Source of the DNA: an uncultured Chloroflexia bacterium
GTDB taxonomy: Bacteria; Chloroflexota; Anaerolineae; Caldilineales; Caldilineaceae
Assembly: GCA_963698255.1 (NCBI GenBank)
Contig: CAVOQD010000024.1
Coordinates: forward strand, 581,072 to 645,071
DNA: 64,000 nucleotides
Direction: 5' to 3'
The notes below the pieces were generated by a model, which had not been told where the DNA came from, searched no databases, and saw only the letters and a list, made by a program, of their open reading frames with translations. Below, piece after piece: positions 58,777-64,000 of the stretch (positions within the stretch are counted from its first letter, which is position 1; each line of letters opens with the position of its first letter). Made by a program: the position numbers and the translations under genes.

Positions 58777-61537
58777 ATGAGCACATCTGATGAACAACAG
58801 CGCAGGCTGAGTACGAGCATTCGCACACTCGGCAATCTGCTCGGTGAGACCATCATCGAGCAGGAGGGTGTCGATCTCTTCGATCTTGAAGAAGAGGTTC
58901 GTCGACTCGCCAAAGGATGGCGGACCGGCGATGGGGCTTCGCTGGAAGAGATCGATGCCTTGATCTCGGAGTTGGTGGAGGATATGCCGCGCACCTTTGC
59001 TGTGCTCAAGGCCTTCATCACCTACTTCCAGTTGGTCAATCTGGCCGAAGAAGAGCAGCGTGTTCATGTGCTGCGCGAGCGCGAACGCGCCGCCTACGAG
59101 CGCGGCGTGCCCATGCGCGAGACCATCGCCGACGCGCTGGCCCGTCTGCGCGCCGAGGGGCTGACCGCCGCCGATCTGCGCGTCGTGCTTGCCGATCTCT
59201 TCATCTCACCGGTGCTCACCGCCCATCCGACCGAGACCAAACGGCTCACCATGCTGGAGAAGCTGCGCGAGCTGGCCGTTGTCCTGGAGCAGATTGGGGA
59301 AGGCGCCCTTTCGTCGCGCGAGATGCAGCGGGCGCAACGTCTGCTGCGCGAGTACATTGTCCTGCTCTGGCAGAGCGACGAGACGCGCGATCGCCGGCCG
59401 ACCGTTCTCGACGAAGTGCGCAACGGCCTCTACTTTTTCGAGGCGACTCTCTTCAAACTCGTGCCGAGTATCTACGATGAACTGGAGCGGGCGCTGGCCC
59501 AGGAATTTCCCGGCGAATCGTTCAAGGTTCCGACATTCCTGCGCTACGGCTCCTGGATCGGCGGCGATCGCGACGGCAATCCCTTTGTGACCATCGATGT
59601 GACCGAGGAGACGCTGCGCACCCACAAAGAGTTTATTCTACGGCTCTACAACATCGAGGTCGATCACCTCTACAACCACCTCAGCCCTTCGATTCGGCGC
59701 GTTCAGGTCAGCCAGGAACTGCTCGACAGCATCGAGCAGGACTTTCGGCTTGTGCCCGAGGACGAGGTCGAGGTGTTGGAGCGTTTCAAGCTTGAACCCT
59801 ATCGGCAGAAACTGATCCTGATGTTCCGCCGTCTGCGCGCCACCCGTGCCGAGAACGAACAGGCCTGGAACGACAAGGCGCGCAACCCGCGCGCCTACCG
59901 CAATGTCAACGAGTTTCTGGCCGATCTGCGTCAGATCGATAGCAGCCTGCGCGCCAACAAAGGCGCGCGTCTGGCCGATGGACGCCTGGCTCGCCTGATC
60001 CGCTCCGTGGAGATCTTCGGCTTTCACCTGGCCACGCTCGATATTCGCCAACATGCACGGCGTCATCGGGCCGCCATTTCGGAGATCTTCGCCCGCTTCA
60101 AAGTCTTCGCCGACTACGAGGCTCTGGCCGAGGCCGACAAGATCGCCGTGCTCACGCGCGAGATCCTGAGCGAGCGCCCGCTGACTGCACTGCCTGTCTT
60201 TTCGCCGGAGACCAACGAGACGATTCGTCTCTTTCGCCTGATCCGCCAGGCCCATGAGGAGGTCGATCCAGAAGCGATCACGGCCTACATCACCAGCATG
60301 ACCACCTCGGTCAGCAATCTGCTTGAGGTGTTGTTGCTGGCCAAGGATGCCGGTCTGTTTGGGCAAGATCGACATCGTGCCGCTCTTCGAAATGGTGGCT
60401 GATCTTCAGAATGCCCCGGCGTTGATGACCGAACTCTTTGGCAACGAGGCCTATCGGCGCCATCTTGAGCTGCGCGGCCGCCAACAACAGATCATGATCG
60501 GCTACAGCGATTCGGGCAAGGACGGCGGCTACCTGCGCGCCAACTGGATGCTCTTCAAGGCCCAACGCCAACTGGCCGAAACCTGTGAACGCCAGGACGT
60601 GCGGCTCACGCTCTTCCACGGGCGCGGCGGCACGCTTGGGCGTGGCGGCGGTCCGGCCAACCGGGCCATCCTGGCCCAGCCGCCCGAATCGGTGCGCGGA
60701 CGCATCAAGCTGACCGAGCAGGGCGAGGTCGTGAGCAGCCGCTACGCCAACCCGGACATCGCCCATCGCCATCTGGAGCAGTTGGTCAACGCGGTGCTGC
60801 TCAGCAGCGGACGCCGACCTCAATATGACCACGAGGCGGAATGGGCCGCTGTCATGGATGCGTCTGAGCGACGCTGCCTATCGGGAAATATCGCTCACTG
60901 GTCGAGAAGCCCGAGTTTCTGCCCTATTTTCACGATGCAACGCCCATCGATCACATCGATGCGCTCAACATCGGCTCACGCCCGTCGCGGCGTGGCGCCA
61001 CCCAGGACATCGGCGATCTGCGGGCTATCCCGTGGGTCTTTGCCTGGACGCAGACCCGTGTGAATCTGCCGGCCTGGTATGGCGTGGGCAGCGGCGGTCG
61101 AGGCATGGACTGCGGGCGGCGAGGATCGGCTGGCGGAACTGCGTTCGCTCTACGACAACTGGCCGTTTTTCCGAACCATCTTCGATAACGTACAATTGGG
61201 CTTGACCAAGGCCGACATGGACATCGCGTCGCTCTATGCCGAGCTGGCGGACGACCACGTCCGCACAGCCATCTATGATGACATACGCCAGGAATATGAG
61301 CGTACGCGTTTGGCATTGCTGGCCGTTACACAGGCGGAAAGCCTGTTGCAGGACGATGAATGGCTTCGGCGCAGCATTCGGGTACGCAATCCCTATGTCG
61401 ATCCGATGAACTTGGTCCAGATTGCGCTCTTGCGCAAACTGCGGGACGCGCCCGATTCGCCCCAGGCGGAAGAGTGGCGGGAGGCAGTGCTGTTGGCGGT
61501 CAACGGGATCGCCACCGGCCTGCAAAATACTGGGTAA
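58777..61537 (+). pseudogene. ppc: phosphoenolpyruvate carboxylase; 4 frame breaks (about 60365, 60850, 60885, 61085)
   Basis: ORF 58777..60402 ([20 protein letters not shown]), ORF 60323..61063 ([36 protein letters not shown]), short pieces in two other frames (RLSDAAYRE; [22 protein letters not shown]...[13 protein letters not shown]), and ORF 61079..61537 ending in [11 protein letters not shown]. Confidence 0.9.
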
Positions 61538-61548
61538 GGATATCACTT

Positions 61549-62319
61549 GTGACTGATCTGTTGACGTCCGTCGATGGTTTTTTGATCGACATCGACGGCG
61601 TATTGATGCATGGGAATGAGGTGCTGCCGGGTGCGTACGAGGTGATCGATACCTTGCGCACCCGTGGTATTCCACACCGCTACATCACCAATTCCACCAT
61701 CTACTGCCGCTATACGCTCATCGACCGCTTGCAGGCGCTGGGCTTCGCCATCGACGTGGATGAACTCTTCACCGCGACCTATGCCGCAGCGCTCTATCTG
61801 CGTGAGCAGGGGGCCAAGAGCTACTATCCGTTGTTGATGCCGGATGCCAAGCTGGAGTTCGACGGTATCGAGGTCAATGCCGAGTCGCCCGAATATGTCG
61901 TTGTCGGCGATATCGGGGCCAGCTTCACCTTCCCTCGCCTGAACACGGCCTTCCGTGCCGTGCTCAACGGGGCCAAGCTGGTCGCATTGCACAAGAAGCG
62001 TTTCTGGCGGACCGAGGACGGCCTCTTTCTGGATGCCGGACCATTCGTCGTGGCGCTGGAATATGCAACCCAGCAGAGCAGTGTGGTGGTGGGAAAACCC
62101 AGCGAGTCCTATCTGCGCCTGGTGCTTGACGAACTGGACCTCCCGCCTGAACGGGTGGCCATGATCGGGGACGACATCGAGATCGATGTGAAAGGCGCTC
62201 AACGCATGGGCATGCAGGGCTGGTTGGTCAAGACCGGTCGCTTCCGCAAGGAAGATCTGGGCCAGGGGATCTGGCCGGATAGGGTGTTGACTGACATATC
62301 GGAGTTGATACAACAATAG
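61549..62319 (+). CDS. HAD-superfamily subfamily IIA hydrolase (NagD-like phosphatase)
   Basis: ORF 61360..62319. Start placed at GTG 61549 (AAGGA upstream), because upstream codons overlap ppc. Motifs [12 protein letters not shown] (DxDG), ITNST, GKP and IGDDIEIDV are present. Confidence 0.75.
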   Translation: MTDLLTSVDGFLIDIDGVLMHGNEVLPGAYEVIDTLRTRGIPHRYITNSTIYCRYTLIDRLQALGFAIDVDELFTATYAAALYLREQGAKSYYPLLMPDAKLEFDGIEVNAESPEYVVVGDIGASFTFPRLNTAFRAVLNGAKLVALHKKRFWRTEDGLFLDAGPFVVALEYATQQSSVVVGKPSESYLRLVLDELDLPPERVAMIGDDIEIDVKGAQRMGMQGWLVKTGRFRKEDLGQGIWPDRVLTDISELIQQ

Positions 62320-62398
62320 CTGCTGTGTGCCGCTTGCTGCGTGAAAGGGCTTGGCACGCGTTTCACGCGAGCAAGCAGCACGCAGCACGCAGCAGTTT
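62319..62398 (+). terminator. long GC-rich hairpin after the HAD gene (repeat-like, weak T-tract)
   Basis: GCTGCTGTGTGCCGCTTGCTGCGTGAAA ... TTTCACGCGAGCAAGCAGCACGCAGCACGCAGC followed by AGTTTTC, 16 nt before the cimA ATG. Confidence 0.5.
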
Positions 62399-62413
62399 TC
62401 AGAAAGGCAAACC

Positions 62414-64000
<1,587 letters not shown>

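Overview
This is a high-G+C bacterial chromosomal segment. My unverified impression is that it is Chloroflexota-like, based on its low-complexity palindromic intergenic elements and gene content.

Layout:
- (1) 1-3.3 kb: an edge-truncated enolase-superfamily gene, a DUF1622 gene, and a DUF485 + ActP-like symporter pair.
- (2) 3.4-15.1 kb, all minus strand: a myo-inositol catabolism cluster headed by a LacI-type regulator (iolG/idhA-type, iolE-like, Gfo/Idh/MocA oxidoreductase, iolA, iolD, B. subtilis-type iolG, iolC, iolB).
- (3) 15.4-20.2 kb: a lower-G+C island carrying a type III restriction-modification operon, with a complete hicB-hicA toxin-antitoxin pair wedged between mod and res.
- (4) 20.3-28.8 kb: AI-2E transporter, pcrA, rsgA, vapBC, maf and an oxidoreductase.
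- (5) 28.9-64 kb: 35 kb of co-directional plus-strand genes. In order: promoter, Val/Leu/Ile-rich leader peptide and attenuator terminator, ilvB, ilvN, ilvC, leuA, an uncharacterised module (large acidic membrane protein A, YbjQ-like protein, paralogue B), gltB, gltD, znuA-like, a second gltB, a truncated globin, an aldo/keto reductase, a VOC protein, leuC, leuD, a small ORF, a nucleotidyltransferase, leuB, ppc, a HAD hydrolase and cimA (runs off the window end).

Two window-wide phenomena:
- About 60 reading-frame breaks occur in about 21 genes, many of them essential. Roughly nine in ten shift the frame in the direction of one extra base. This most likely reflects assembly indel error, so 'pseudogene' below describes the sequence as given, not necessarily the biology.
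- At least eight families of low-complexity inverted-repeat hairpins occupy the intergenic gaps.

I saw no rRNA, tRNA, CRISPR array or transposase. All coordinates and frame-break positions were derived by hand and are approximate where stated.
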